Source: Octopus sinensis | Taxonomy: Eukaryota | Assembly: GCF_006345805.1 (NCBI RefSeq) | Contig: NC_043000.1 | Location: 37,262,001 to 37,326,000 of the forward strand | Length of the DNA: 64,000 bases | Reading direction: 5' to 3' | Shown: one piece after another, positions 12,970 to 25,010 of the stretch | Position numbering within the stretch: position 1 is the stretch's first letter | How the letters are laid out: every line of letters starts with the position of its first letter | Made by a program: the position numbers and the translations under genes | The notes under the pieces: model-generated | What the model saw: the letters and a program-made list of their open reading frames with translations, nothing else | What the model was told of the DNA's origin: nothing | The model's database searches: none

Positions 12970-14044
12970 TTATTCTATAAGCTTTTCTCCTTTTAAGATA
13001 GTAGGGTGTCATTTGTGTGAAATTTGTAAGATCTGCTTTTTTTCTGTGTTGTATTTGTTGTTTTGCAGAGTAAGCAATGCAATGCTTCATTTGTTCTATA
13101 TATCTGAAGTTTGATATTCTGCAGTATTGGTATAATTGACTATCATTTTAGATTACTGAAGAGCCTAAATTCGCTTGTGAAAAACTGCTTAGCTTAGGAA
13201 AGATAGTTTCACTGAAATCAGCACCAAACTCTACATGAATACAAGCTGCAAAAACCAAGTGTGTTGAACATTTGTTCTGAAGTAAAGCTGAAAGTGATGC
13301 ATACTAAACAAAATACAGAAGTGAATCTGGGATTGTAAATAGATGTTTTGTAAATTCTTTCGAACAGAGCTAGCAGGGAAAATTGACATTAAATTCACTC
13401 GTGATTCAGTAACAATGTTGTGCTAATCTATTTGTATATTGTATATTACATATTATAGTTTAGTAAGATCTTAACAGTGCTCACTTCATTGCTTGTCTAA
13501 CTTCACATTAACATTACCATTATTGGTGGACATAAAGAACATTCCATCCTTACGTAAGCTTCTCCAATAATTGTATATGCTTCACTTTTTTCAGTAATTA
13601 TCAATACCTTATGGTTAATCATTCACATGATTTTATCGACTCCAACATGAGTAATGGTTCCAAAGACTAACAAGGTTAAGGCATTCTGGCAAAGGATTAA
13701 TAAACAGAGGCAGTCAAGGTGAATTGCAGTGGTTCTTCTTAGATGAATGCCTCTATAACTTTGATATCATTGCATAATATGGATGTTTCTATCACTGAAA
13801 GAGATCCTTTATAAAAAAAAATTCCATTAAATACTCAATACTCAATAATGAAGGTTCATTAATATCATAGAATTTTGTTTTTGATGTCTTGATTCTTCAT
13901 CATTTCTATATCTAGTTTTGTCTTCCCAAGCTGTAGCTGCCATTTAGAAAGATATCCAGTTTTAAAATCTGTTCCCAGGTATATATATATAAGTGTGAAG
14001 AAAATGCCAGAATTTTGTAACTAAAACAACTAATTGTCTCTCAA

Positions 14045-14088
14045 GTTACACACGCACACACACGCACAGACACACACACACACACACA

Positions 14089-14119
<31 letters not shown>

Positions 14120-14120
14120 C
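14045..14120. repeat. (CA)n microsatellite
   Basis: Directly visible. Confidence 0.95.
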
Positions 14121-16934
14121 AGTTCAGATAAGTAGCAGCAAGCAGGTTGTATACATGTCAGAAACATATTCATATTGGAGCAGGTATTCTCAGAATTTGA
14201 TCAGGCATTAGAGGAAGGTGTGGTTAGCTGGAACATTTCACAAAAACACTTGTTTTCAGCATATGGTTATATTAATAAATCTACTACATCATCTATTCCA
14301 TAGATGCATATATGCGTACAATACATGTTTAGGAAACAAATTCAGGGGAGGCTTGGAGAAATTCTTGCAAAAAGTACAATTTGTCACCTTATTCTAAATG
14401 GTCTAACTTGCCTCACAGTGGAGTAAGTTGGAACATGCTATGGGCCATGTTGGAACACACCAATAGTCATAATCTAATCAAAAATTTATGTTGGCATCAT
14501 TTCACTTTTCAATCACATCGATATATTTTACCAGGCAACTTCAACCAGACATGATTGTCACTTCAGTTTCTCGCCTGTAAATAAGATTTATTATTGGTCT
14601 ACAACATGTCCTTGTGTTTACTCTGGCTTGTAGGCCGATAGCTCAACAAGAAATCACATATTTCTACAGAGAATACCTAGCTTAACTCTCTCACAGTTGT
14701 ATGGAACAAGCATAATAAATACAATATCTTCATGTTCATGTGTGCATATTTCAGCATCATCTGGCATTGTCACTTTGGAGAATGCAAAAATCTTTGCTTG
14801 CAACATGTTTTGAAATTTTATTTGTTAACTCATCATCTTCAGTTATTTCATCAACCAGCACAACATAACAGTGCACCTTTTCCATCTCAGTTCAATGCAC
14901 AAGAACATAGTCTCCACCTCCTGCATCTAAAAGAATTCCACATTCTTGTTCTTATATTTCTTAAGAAAATGATCCAACCAAACATTGCTTGTACTTTCAT
15001 TGTTCAACCAACACTAGTATCTTTATGCAAAGTTAGCTGACATTTCCAAATACCAAACTCCAAAGCTCTTTTGAGTTCGTGACAAGAGTGTAAGTCGGAA
15101 ATATTCTAGCTGAATTCATGTAGTAATGACCTCAACAAGTAGTGTACCAAACACAAGTCAGATCAGGCAAATTATCTCCTGTTCATTTCAACTATTTTTT
15201 ACAAAATGATCAACTCGCAAAAGTATCCATTTCCAACCACAATATTTATCAAACAAACCAAAAATTTCTCACAAGTGGAAATTGTACTTCAGGATGTGAA
15301 AAATGCAGAAATCTTTTTGTATGCTAGAAAAATGCTTCTGCAATGGATACCAATATGGCTGAAAGATAGTATAAAAAGCTGTCTCAAGATATCAGCATAG
15401 TCTTCTCCGGGTTCTTTTCAATTAGAAAAGAAGTATTTCAACTTACCCCACAGTTCAAATAACTACATTCTCTCCTAGCATTCTGCTTGCTGCCACAAAG
15501 ACAATGGAAACGAAAATATAAACAGAACTGAAGTAAGTTGATATATGAAACAAACTGAAAACTGCTCCTTAAAAAGTTTCATGGCTGTAGTTATATTTAC
15601 TCATAAACGTCAGATCATCACTGATCAACAAAACAGGTGATACCAGAGGAAGGGAAACATACAAAACTGGTGTGTTATGATCTCTGAAATATTGAAAGCT
15701 AACAGTGTTCTTGGTGCCCCCTTATCAGATTACCCACTCTGTTGTAATGATAAAAACAAGTGCTGTCACTAAGAGAAGAGAAAGAGGTCTATATGTTTTT
15801 GTAACAACACATGGTACATAAAAGAAAGTTATTGTTCGCCAGCCTTCTCTTTTCAACACATGCCTTTCTAAATGTTAAGTGAAATTATGATAGCTGTTAC
15901 AACTGTTGCAGATACTTAATTACAATGTAAAACTGGCACCAAGTGATTTATTTGATTCATTCAGATGTTTCTACCAACAGGAACTGGAAACTGTTCTACT
16001 AAAATTTCATCAAAACAAAACACAACACTTCTTGTGAATCCATTGGGTGATATTTATGTAATCATAGCTAATTCATTCAAAGCCACACCACAATACCGCA
16101 TACCGTCCCATTTTAAATTTTTACCCAGAAGAATAAGACCTACACAAAGATTGTAAAACATTGAATGCAAGAAAGAATCATTGAAATACAGAATTATTTT
16201 AATTAAAGTAGTGTGGTTCATATTTAGGCATTTTGAATGAACAGTTGAGGAAGACATTGAATCAAACAAACTTTCCTATAATTAACAAATTGGTGTGGCC
16301 ACCTTTGTGATATGTTTGCTTGGGAACTCATTAAGAAATCATGAAGAGTCTGTTTGTTGTTTTTGTTTAGACCCATTTTCACTCTGATTCAGCAAACCTA
16401 TAATTAAAAGTATTCTAGCCATGACCATCCCATTTTTTTTGTATCATATACCTACTGTTATTTAATTTAATATAGTCTTAGGTATTATATTTTATATAGA
16501 CTGCTGAGATGAATGTCTTTGCCAAGGACCTTACTGATATTGTACTTATCTTCTATAAATGGCAGTGAGGGGGAGAGAATTCTCTCATTAGCCGGATCCA
16601 ATGGCTTCTTTTGGTGGAGGTAGATTGTCAGCCACTGCACCTGCTTATTGCAGTGAGAGAAATGTACTTTGTAGTTGTTCTCCGTGGTCTATCACTGAAC
16701 ATTTGAATATGTATGCTTTGATGTGCAGTTTTACTGTGTACATCAATCAGAAGGCCTGGCAATGAGGAGAAAGTAACAAAACCACAGAGAGAGTTGCTCC
16801 TTATTGAAAACACTCAGGATTACAACATATACTAACTGGTCACCCTAACAAGTTGAGCACATTTTTGCTCTCTATGAAATTTAAATTCCTCACCTACAAA
16901 AACTGACCTTGTAGTTAAGAAACTAATTATACTC

Positions 16935-17130
16935 ATTATCATCATCATCGTCAATGTCATAGCCATTTTTCCATGCTGGCATGGGTTGGATGGAATTCAA
17001 TGATGGTTGGATGCCCTTCCTGTCACAAAGTCTCACTTGTTTCCAAATAATGTAATATTTCCCCTTAGGTGGACATGGTTTCACAGAAATGAAGGACATC
17101 ATTTGTATGACAGTGACATCCATTTACAAC
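16935..17130 (-). mobile_element. Repeat family G (shares the ccatgctggcatgggttgg tail with family A)
   Basis: gtaatatttcccc motif recurs at 18575-18592; related to 44390-44560. Confidence 0.5.
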
Positions 17131-17239
17131 TATCATACAAATTCAAGGCAAAGGGACATACACACATGCACAATCCTAGCAAATATACATATGTGTAAGC
17201 ACACGCACACACATGCAAACACACATACACACACACACA

Positions 17240-17403
17240 CACACACGATAGATGTCTTTCAATTTCTTTCAGCTGAATCTAATCATGAGGCTTTGGTTTC
17301 CTTTGGGCTGTAGTAGAAGACATTTGCCCATAGCACCACCCAGCAGGAATGAACCTGTAACTGTTTGGTTGGGAAACTGACTTCATCATACAACCATGCC
17401 TGT
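17240..17403 (-). mobile_element. Diverged SINE family B
   Basis: gtagtagaagacatttgccca...gaacctg...catacaaccatgcc. Confidence 0.6.
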
Positions 17404-18464
17404 ACTTTGTGTATTATTTTGTGCTTTTATCTAAAAATTGATGAGTACTTATTGACATTAACACTAGCATCATTCCTGTTTCTGAAAATCATTAGTTCTT
17501 TTCTTAAATATCCATGTATTGAGTTAACATGATAATAACTGAGGTCTTGGAACTCTCAATAACTTACGTATGGAGAGACAATAGTACTTCATATTGTAAT
17601 AATTAGCAAGATGAAGACGCTATTCTTTGAAAAAAATGCTTCAAATCTTGGATCGATCACTGCATGAAAGAAGACTTAAATATTCCATACAGTCTCAGTC
17701 TAGCAATTCTGGTCTGTTTATTGAACAATGTGACCTAACCTTCCCATATGTTTCCAATTTTCTCACATTTCAAATCAACAATGGGAATAAAAATCCCACA
17801 ACACTAATGTATATATATCAACAGCGTCAATATAAAGAACATACACCTTCTGCTAATTTTTTCAGGGAATCCTTACATAAAGTTTATTTATTTATTTTTT
17901 AAAAATTTATCTACACATGACTATCTATTTTTACTATTGTTGTCAGGGCAGTGGTATACAGGCAAATTTTATGTCATTAGTGACCTTGAAAAGAAAGACA
18001 AGAATATATTTTCAATGCGTAAGTCAATAGTTATAAGTGCCAGGTGTTATGGTGTTGTTGTTGTGCTGTCATTCAGTTTCATTTGCATTTCACTTAGAAT
18101 GATAATGGCCTTGGAAAAAAAAAAGCATAAATTTCACAACTTTCCATATGCAACATGTGCCAAATATTGCACATTCTATACATAATAGGTGAGAGTATAA
18201 TGTACCAAACTATAAAACCTTTTACTCTTGAGTTCTTATTCTTTTGTTGGTGTCTTTTTCTATGCAAAAGAGGAGAGTGTATTATTTACCACACCATAAA
18301 TCAATTATTCTCAAGTTCACATATAGCTGCATGTGTTCATGCAGTACCTTTACCAAGGGTCTTTAGTATAACTTCAAATCAATGATAACCTTGTGACTGA
18401 GATGCAGCAGAGAGGTACTAGACAAAAACCAGTCAAATATATTGATATTGTTGACAGCACCAAT

Positions 18465-18640
18465 GTAATTTTAAGTCCATGTTTCCATATTTTTATGGGT
18501 CGGATGGAATTCTTTGAGTCAGGTTTGCTATATCCAGATGTCCTTTCTATTACCATTCCTTACTTGTTTTTAAGTAAGGTAATATTTCCCCACACTTGAT
18601 ACATTTTTGTAGAAAATAGGATAGAACTATATGGCAGTGA
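18465..18640 (-). mobile_element. Repeat family G copy
   Basis: Similar to 16935-17130. Confidence 0.45.
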
Positions 18641-18679
18641 CTCTCATTTAGAACTATCCTTTAATGTTAAAACAAAGAG

Positions 18680-18729
<50 letters not shown>

Positions 18730-18731
18730 AC

Positions 18732-18766
<35 letters not shown>
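18680..18766. repeat. (CA)n microsatellite
   Basis: Directly visible. Confidence 0.95.
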
Positions 18767-18768
<2 letters not shown>

Positions 18769-20061
18769 AAACTGAAACAACATAATTGCAAAGCATCCAA
18801 AATATATTTATACATACATAGTTAAATAAAAACACAATTTCTATCATATATTCATCATCATCATCATCATGAATATATGAAAGAAATTGTGTTTGGAGTG
18901 ATAAAACGGATTTATATTGTAAAGAAACAGTTTCATCCGTTTGAATATTTTAATTAATATTGGGTCAAATAATTCTTCTAATTATGTAATGGAATGAGAG
19001 TGGGTGTACAGCAAATATAGTCCTACTTAGTGTATTGCTTGGTTTAGTTTAATATTATGAAGAAATAATATATCAGTCTCCTAATGATTTATGGTCTAAA
19101 TCCATAATTACCCTGTTAACTGCTTATCACTGGTTGCTTGCTTGCCAAGTATTTAAACATTGGGTTTAATACTGGAGGCCTACAACCACAGAACTTGCTG
19201 CTGAGGGCAGAAATGTGTGATACAGTAGGAGGAGGTTAAATGATAAGAGGTAACTCATACTGCTTATGTTATGTCTAATAATAAATGCGTGAGGGATTGG
19301 CTGATGGAGAAAGATAATTCATACATACAATAGATGAAGAGCTTAGTTGGCCACTCAGCAACAAATCTATTGTTTACAACAATTTCCTCATATCAATAAT
19401 GTCTTCCAGAGACTTATGAACCTCACAACTCCCATTTATGTTATTCTGAAATCAAGAGAGAGAATTGCTTACCCATCGATGGATACAAACTGGAGATATT
19501 TATATTTTTACTTTGTCTTCCCTCCTGTGTAGACAAAAAAATTCCAGCTGTTGACATTCTATCCTTTTTAGTTCTCAAAAATACTCTAAGAATTTATTAT
19601 CATCCAATATAAGCTTTTTTAGAAAGATGGTATGGTGTGATCTGAAGATAATTTGGCAGCAATTTCTAGAAGGTTAATTGACTATAAATAGGCTCCCATC
19701 ACTGACATGTAATGGTCACTGTTTGGTTAACTATGCTTGACTTAGTCTAAACAACAAAGGTAGCTATTAATTCATTCAGATAAAAGAGAAATAATTTACA
19801 TTGTAAACATCACATCAATTGAATAGTGAACAAAAATCGACAAGAAGCAAGTGAAACTTTGAAATAGCACAGTAGAAACAATCAGACAGACCAAAGGGAT
19901 TGGATTCATTCACAGAAAGTTAAGTAAAAGGAACCACTGAAATAAAATACGTTTTCTTTTATCCTTTTACTTGTTTCAAGTAAAAGAGGCACATACACAC
20001 ACGAACACACTCACATACACACACTTGAAACTGAAGTGTGTGTGTGTGCCTTTTTTGATGT

Positions 20062-20598
20062 TTTTCAGGCATAGCGCTGTCCTACCCAATGTCATCCACT
20101 CTGGTGTTCCTTGGTCGGCATTTAACAAGGTGTTGAGTTGCATAGCTATTCGTGCATGACATTAACCAAATTTTTTGATCCAGTAGCCTTGAACTCCATC
20201 TGGTCCTGGGGCCTTCCAGTTGCTCTTTTTTTGCTGATTTCCTTCACTTCCTTAACTGAAATGACAAGCTCTGCCTGTTTTGAACAGACTACTGTTTGTT
20301 TCATTTCTTGCAACCATTCAGCATCCTTCTAGTTCTCCTTGTCTTTGCCCCAGGTGTCACTCCAAAACCTTTGACTTTCAATGTTATCTGGTATCAACTT
20401 TTCAGCTGTGCACTCTCAATTTATTTCTTTATACAATCTCTTCTGATCTACTCTGAATAACCTATTCTGGTGGTAACCCTTCATTCTTTGTCGTATCTTA
20501 TCATCATTGCTTTCTTTGCAATGAGGCACTGTTTGAGTTTCTCCACTACTACTTTCAGGCCCTTTCTTTCAATATTATACTTTCTTTACAGTGCCCTG
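20062..20598 (-). pseudogene. Non-LTR retrotransposon ORF fragment, R4/Dong-like (pre-RT and RT N-terminus)
   Basis: Minus strand reads [34 protein letters not shown]...PEWMTLGRTALC; KAPGPDG is the RT domain-0 motif; abuts an (ATT)n tract. Confidence 0.75.
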
Positions 20599-20639
20599 TA
20601 TATTTTATTATTATTATTATGATAATTATTATTATTATT

Positions 20640-20895
20640 GTTCAAGTCAATGCTTGGAATCGAAATCGGAATCTTGGGGTTAGTAGCCCGCGCTCTTAAC
20701 CACGATGCCATATGCCATGGGCATATGAACAACAACAACAACAAAAATATTATAATAACAACATTGAAAAATGCATTAGGAATGAGAACCCAGGTTCAAA
20801 ATTTCCCCAAGACATCGCATGAAGGCTTGAGGGTATATCAGCTGAAACATTGTGTTAACAACAAATAAGATGAGGACAAATATCCATCAAATATA
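20640..20895. mobile_element. tRNA-headed hammerhead-bearing element: head on -, body on +
   Basis: RC of 20640-20716 is tRNA-like (A-box TGGCATCGTGG, loop gggctactaaccc, B-box GATTTCGATTCC); the body matches the RC of 48250-48400. Confidence 0.65.
20811..20856 (+). ncRNA. Degenerate minimal type I hammerhead ribozyme
   Basis: GACAT-cgcATGA-A-GGCTT-loop-CAGCT-GAAAC-ATT-GTGTT; GAAAC intact, CUGAUGA mutated. Confidence 0.5.
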
Positions 20896-21527
20896 GGACT
20901 GAAATATTGGCCATGCTAACTACATCTATGCACAACTATATTCCAGTCAAGGAGAGCTGGAAAAGTTATAGATGCTGCTTTTCCTTCTAAGACCAGATTA
21001 TAGAAAGAAAACATATCACTGCTCAACATCACTCTTAGCTATAAAAAACAATTAAAGCTAATTACCACAGACCTCCTCTAGATGAACCACTGTGAACTCT
21101 ATCAAAGACTTTCAATTAATTCTATCTAGATAAAGACACTCTTTTCAGTCGTTGTCACTGTTGTCATTATCATCATCATCATCAGCAGCAGCAGCATTAC
21201 TATTATTATTACTACTGATGTTCTGCTACAAAGGCAAAGCTTGCTAGATCTATTCTTCAGCAAATTACCACTTGTTACAATCCTACCATTTCGATATCCA
21301 TGAAATCCAGCATCCTGAGTTTTTACTTTACCACTTCTTTCCATACCTTCCCCATGCACTCTCTACATCATCAAATAAGTTAAGTTTTATTTATAACTGA
21401 CATGGACTTGGAAGGATGCTTTTGAACTTAGAACAATGAGGTACTGTAATTGCAAAGAATCAAGTCCAGATCTTCTCACAATAGAAAAGCAGGTCTTGTA
21501 ATCTAGGGAGTACAACTATGAATATAT

Positions 21528-21738
21528 TTTTTCTATTCTAGGCACAAGGCTAGAAATTTTGGGGGAGGAGGACAGTTGATTACATTGACCCCAGTATGCA
21601 ACTGGTACTTAATTTACCAACTCCGAAATGATGAAAGGCATAGTCAACCTTGGCAGAATTTCAACTCAGAACATAATGACAGACGAAATATCGCTAAGCA
21701 TTTTGCCTGGTGTGCTAACGTTTCTGCCAGCTCACTGC
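21528..21738 (-). mobile_element. tRNA-derived SINE family D, near full length
   Basis: Head ggcagtgagctggcagaa and ttctgagttgaaatt B-box on the RC; colinear with 23789-24011. Confidence 0.8.
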
Positions 21739-21769
21739 CTTACAAATAGTAATATATTACTAATATTTG

Positions 21770-21985
21770 AAGGCAGTGAACTGGTAGAATCATTACCATA
21801 CTGGACAAAAGGCTTAGCGGCATTTCATCCAGCTTTATGTTCTGAGTTCAAATGCTGCTGAGGTTGACTTTGCTTTTCATCCTTTTGGTGTTGGCAAAAT
21901 AAGAATCAGTTGAGCAGTGGGGTCAATGTAATCAACTTACTCCCTTCCTTGAACTTACTGGCCTTTTGCTAAAATCTGAAACCAA
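21770..21985 (+). mobile_element. tRNA-derived SINE family D, head-to-head with the previous copy
   Basis: gaaggcagtgaactggtagaa...gttctgagttcaaatgctgctgaggttgactttgc. Confidence 0.75.
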
Positions 21986-23645
21986 TATACATATTACTAG
22001 TATTTATTGTACTAAACTTGAGGGCATGAAAGCCAAAGGTGCCTTTGAAGTGATCTGAATTTAGACAAGTGAAGCATTAAGTTAAATTAATTTAAGAACT
22101 GTTTTTATACTGTTATGGCTTATTCCTACCAGGCTGACCCTTCCATCATTTTCCCCTCTGACACTGCTCATAATACTGGAAAGGTACATAGACTAAGATT
22201 TCAGAGCTTTAACACAGACACAACATCAAAATGGAATTGTACACATTTACTGTACACACTTTACTTTACAAAACTATCAATACAAAAGAAATGTATTACA
22301 AAAAACAAAGAGAGAGAGAGAGAGAAAGAGAATAAAACAATCAATGTACATGCACTTATATATACCCCTTAGCACATGGAGCTGCACTCAGTATTGCATT
22401 GAAAATATGCAATAATAACAAAACTATTTAAATTATAATGATTTTTAGTTGTTACATCAAAAAATATTGAAGTTGTTGCTGAAGTTAAGTAAACCAACAT
22501 TATCTTTGTTTGTTTTTATTGGTGTTCTTATGAATGAAAGTTCAGGCATTTCTAAACATGTTTGAAATTTTGGAAGTGAAGGCAACAGAATGATATTGGG
22601 ACAGTGTTTGTGTTTGAGTGTATTTAAGAGAGAAGGGTGCTTTCTTGTGAATATACACAATTATTTGGCTGTTAATGATAATGATGGTAGTTGAGAGGAT
22701 ACTGTTAGTGATGATGTTGACAATGCTTAAGTGAACAGGATGGTTGAGATGATGTTGGAGGTGATAACAATGATGATGATGAGCAGGATGTGCAGTAGCA
22801 GATATGGATGTGGTAATAATGATCTGATTATGTGAGAAACTATAGATATTCATTAATCTAGTCACAAGATATCAAGATATGCGACAATTGAATTTAAAGT
22901 CTGCCTGATCATAGTTAATTGGTTTAATCACTGATATGGAAGTGGCCAGAACATACAATATAGGGTTTCATCACCAGAAATTGGCTAAATATTGCATTTT
23001 TGTTTTTATGCAATAAATGTAAAAGAAACCTTTATGTTGGTATTGTTGTAACTAATTGCTTGTTGCATCAGCACCAACATTCTGTGCATATATCAAAGTT
23101 GTATCACTGTGAGGTAATACTAGTCAAGATATGGAAGAGGATGGAGGATGATTATGATAATGTGGTGGTGGTGGTGGTGGTGGTGGTGGTGGTGGCAGTG
23201 GTGGTGGCAGTGACAGTGGTATTGTTGGATGGACTGAGATAAGGATGTTGCAGATATCAGTGATGATGTTGGCATCTGTTTCTTTATGATAAAATGTTGT
23301 TGTTCTTTAATCCCTGATTAAACAGACCTATGATGAAAAGATCTCAAGTACTGATCAGGTCCGCTTTAAAGATAGTAGGGCATGACTTGGTTGTTACACC
23401 TAGACATGTCAAGCAATCCCTTCAAAGGTAACAGACAGCATCGAAAGTAATGACAGTAACAATGGTTGGGGACTAATTGCATGTAGTCCTGAAGGCACAG
23501 CACCCGAATAAAGGACAAGATAGCCATGTCTTCTATATGTAATTTCTGTAATGAGGTGTGTGGAATTATCATTGATCTACATTACTTCATCTTTTTTTTT
23601 ATACTTTATTAATTTCTATTCCCCATATGTTAAAAGTTACGACAG

Positions 23646-23770
23646 CATTAGAATTTGAACTTAATATATGTCACAATTAGAATTTGAACTTAATATATGC
23701 ACCATTAGGCACCATTAGAATTTGAACTTAATATATGTAGGCACCATGAAAATTTGAACTTAATATATGT
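23646..23770. repeat. Four copies of aatttgaacttaatatatg with short related linkers
   Basis: Directly visible minisatellite. Confidence 0.85.
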
Positions 23771-23788
23771 CACAATATACAAAATATT

Positions 23789-24011
23789 CTTTTCTACTCT
23801 AAGCAAAAGGCCCGAAATTTTTGGGGAGGGGGCCAGTCGATTATATCAAACCCAGTACACAACTGGTACTTAACTTATCGACCTAGAAAGGATAAAGGCA
23901 TTTATCCTTTCGGATAAAACGTCAAAGAAATTTAAACTCAGAATGTAGACAGACAAAATACCGCTAAGCAATTTGCCCAGCATGCTAATGTTTCTACCAG
24001 CTCGCCACCTA
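23789..24011 (-). mobile_element. SINE family D with a 17-bp target-site duplication
   Basis: acaatatacaaaatatt at 23772-23788 and at 24012-24028. Confidence 0.85.
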
Positions 24012-24819
24012 ACAATATACAAAATATTGTCTGATTAGGTATGGCTGTGTGGTTAGTACATAACCCCGACATTTATAGCCTCTTAATACATATAGGATTT
24101 GAGTATTAAAACCACCATTGTATTAATATAAGGAGCGAGTATTTAAAGCCTATATTTACAGTGTTTTAATACTCAACTCTTGTGTTTATAGTGTTTTGCT
24201 ATATGAACCCTATGTGTCTTGCTGCTTATGGATGACCAACAAATTCAATGATAAATACCTTAAGAGCCAAGATCCATGTGTCACATTACAGAAGATACTT
24301 ACAAATGAAGCTGTATAGGGGTGTTACGAGAGGGTACATTTTCTTATATCACTATTTTTACTGTGAAAGAGATAGATTGAAAGGCAAGTACTTCTTTTAG
24401 CTGTAGAAGGCTGGTGGAAATCCAATCAGTAGGAAATTGCTTTGAAGCTTATCACCACAGATTGTTTTTATCTCTCAGACTGTACCACACTAGCCTTTGT
24501 TTTTCTGAACTTATGCATAAAAAGTGCAATGATTGCTAAGTGTCAGAATATAATCTACTAGGGGAGGGTGGTGGTGGTGGTGGTGGTTGGGATTGGGGGC
24601 ATTAGTGCTTTGAGATTCACAGCCAATGGCGCCGGGAGATACAAAACACTGAGTAACCATGTGTGGCCACAGACAGCCTTGCAAGATTCTTGATGATAGA
24701 GAGATTGTGCACTAGCAGCAAAGATTACTTTCCACTGAAATACTTGGGCTAACCTGCAGCAGTGAGCTGCAAGAAAGAGGATTGCGATCACAACTGCACT
24801 AGATGCACCACATCATCTT

Positions 24820-24948
24820 ACCTGTCTGTCTGTCTGTCAATCTATCCATCGGTCTGTCTATCTATCTACGTGTACACACAAACAGACACACACACATGCA
24901 CACACACACAAACACACACATGCCTGCACACACACACACATGTGCACG

Positions 24949-24981
<33 letters not shown>

Positions 24982-25010
24982 CACAACTCACAAATACACA
25001 CATACATGTG
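24820..25010. repeat. CTGT/CTAT and CA compound microsatellite
   Basis: Directly visible. Confidence 0.9.

Noticed and set aside
15448-15527. Minus-strand exon candidate ending GGG|GTAAGT (KQNARRECSYLNCG)
   Set aside because: No recognisable homology and no partner exons; noted as counter-evidence for the plus-strand orientation.
17568-17659. Minus-strand 92-nt segment with a strong acceptor and a GTAAGT donor
   Set aside because: All three frames contain stops, so at best a non-coding or poison exon; cannot be supported without RNA data.
20640-20716. Possible tRNA gene (and similar heads at 33360-33441, 37915 and 48538)
   Set aside because: No proper acceptor stem and each continues into repeat bodies; these are SINE heads.
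23646-23770. CRISPR-like repeat-spacer pattern
   Set aside because: Linkers are only about 10-19 nt and related to each other, there are no cas genes, and the context is eukaryotic; this is a minisatellite.
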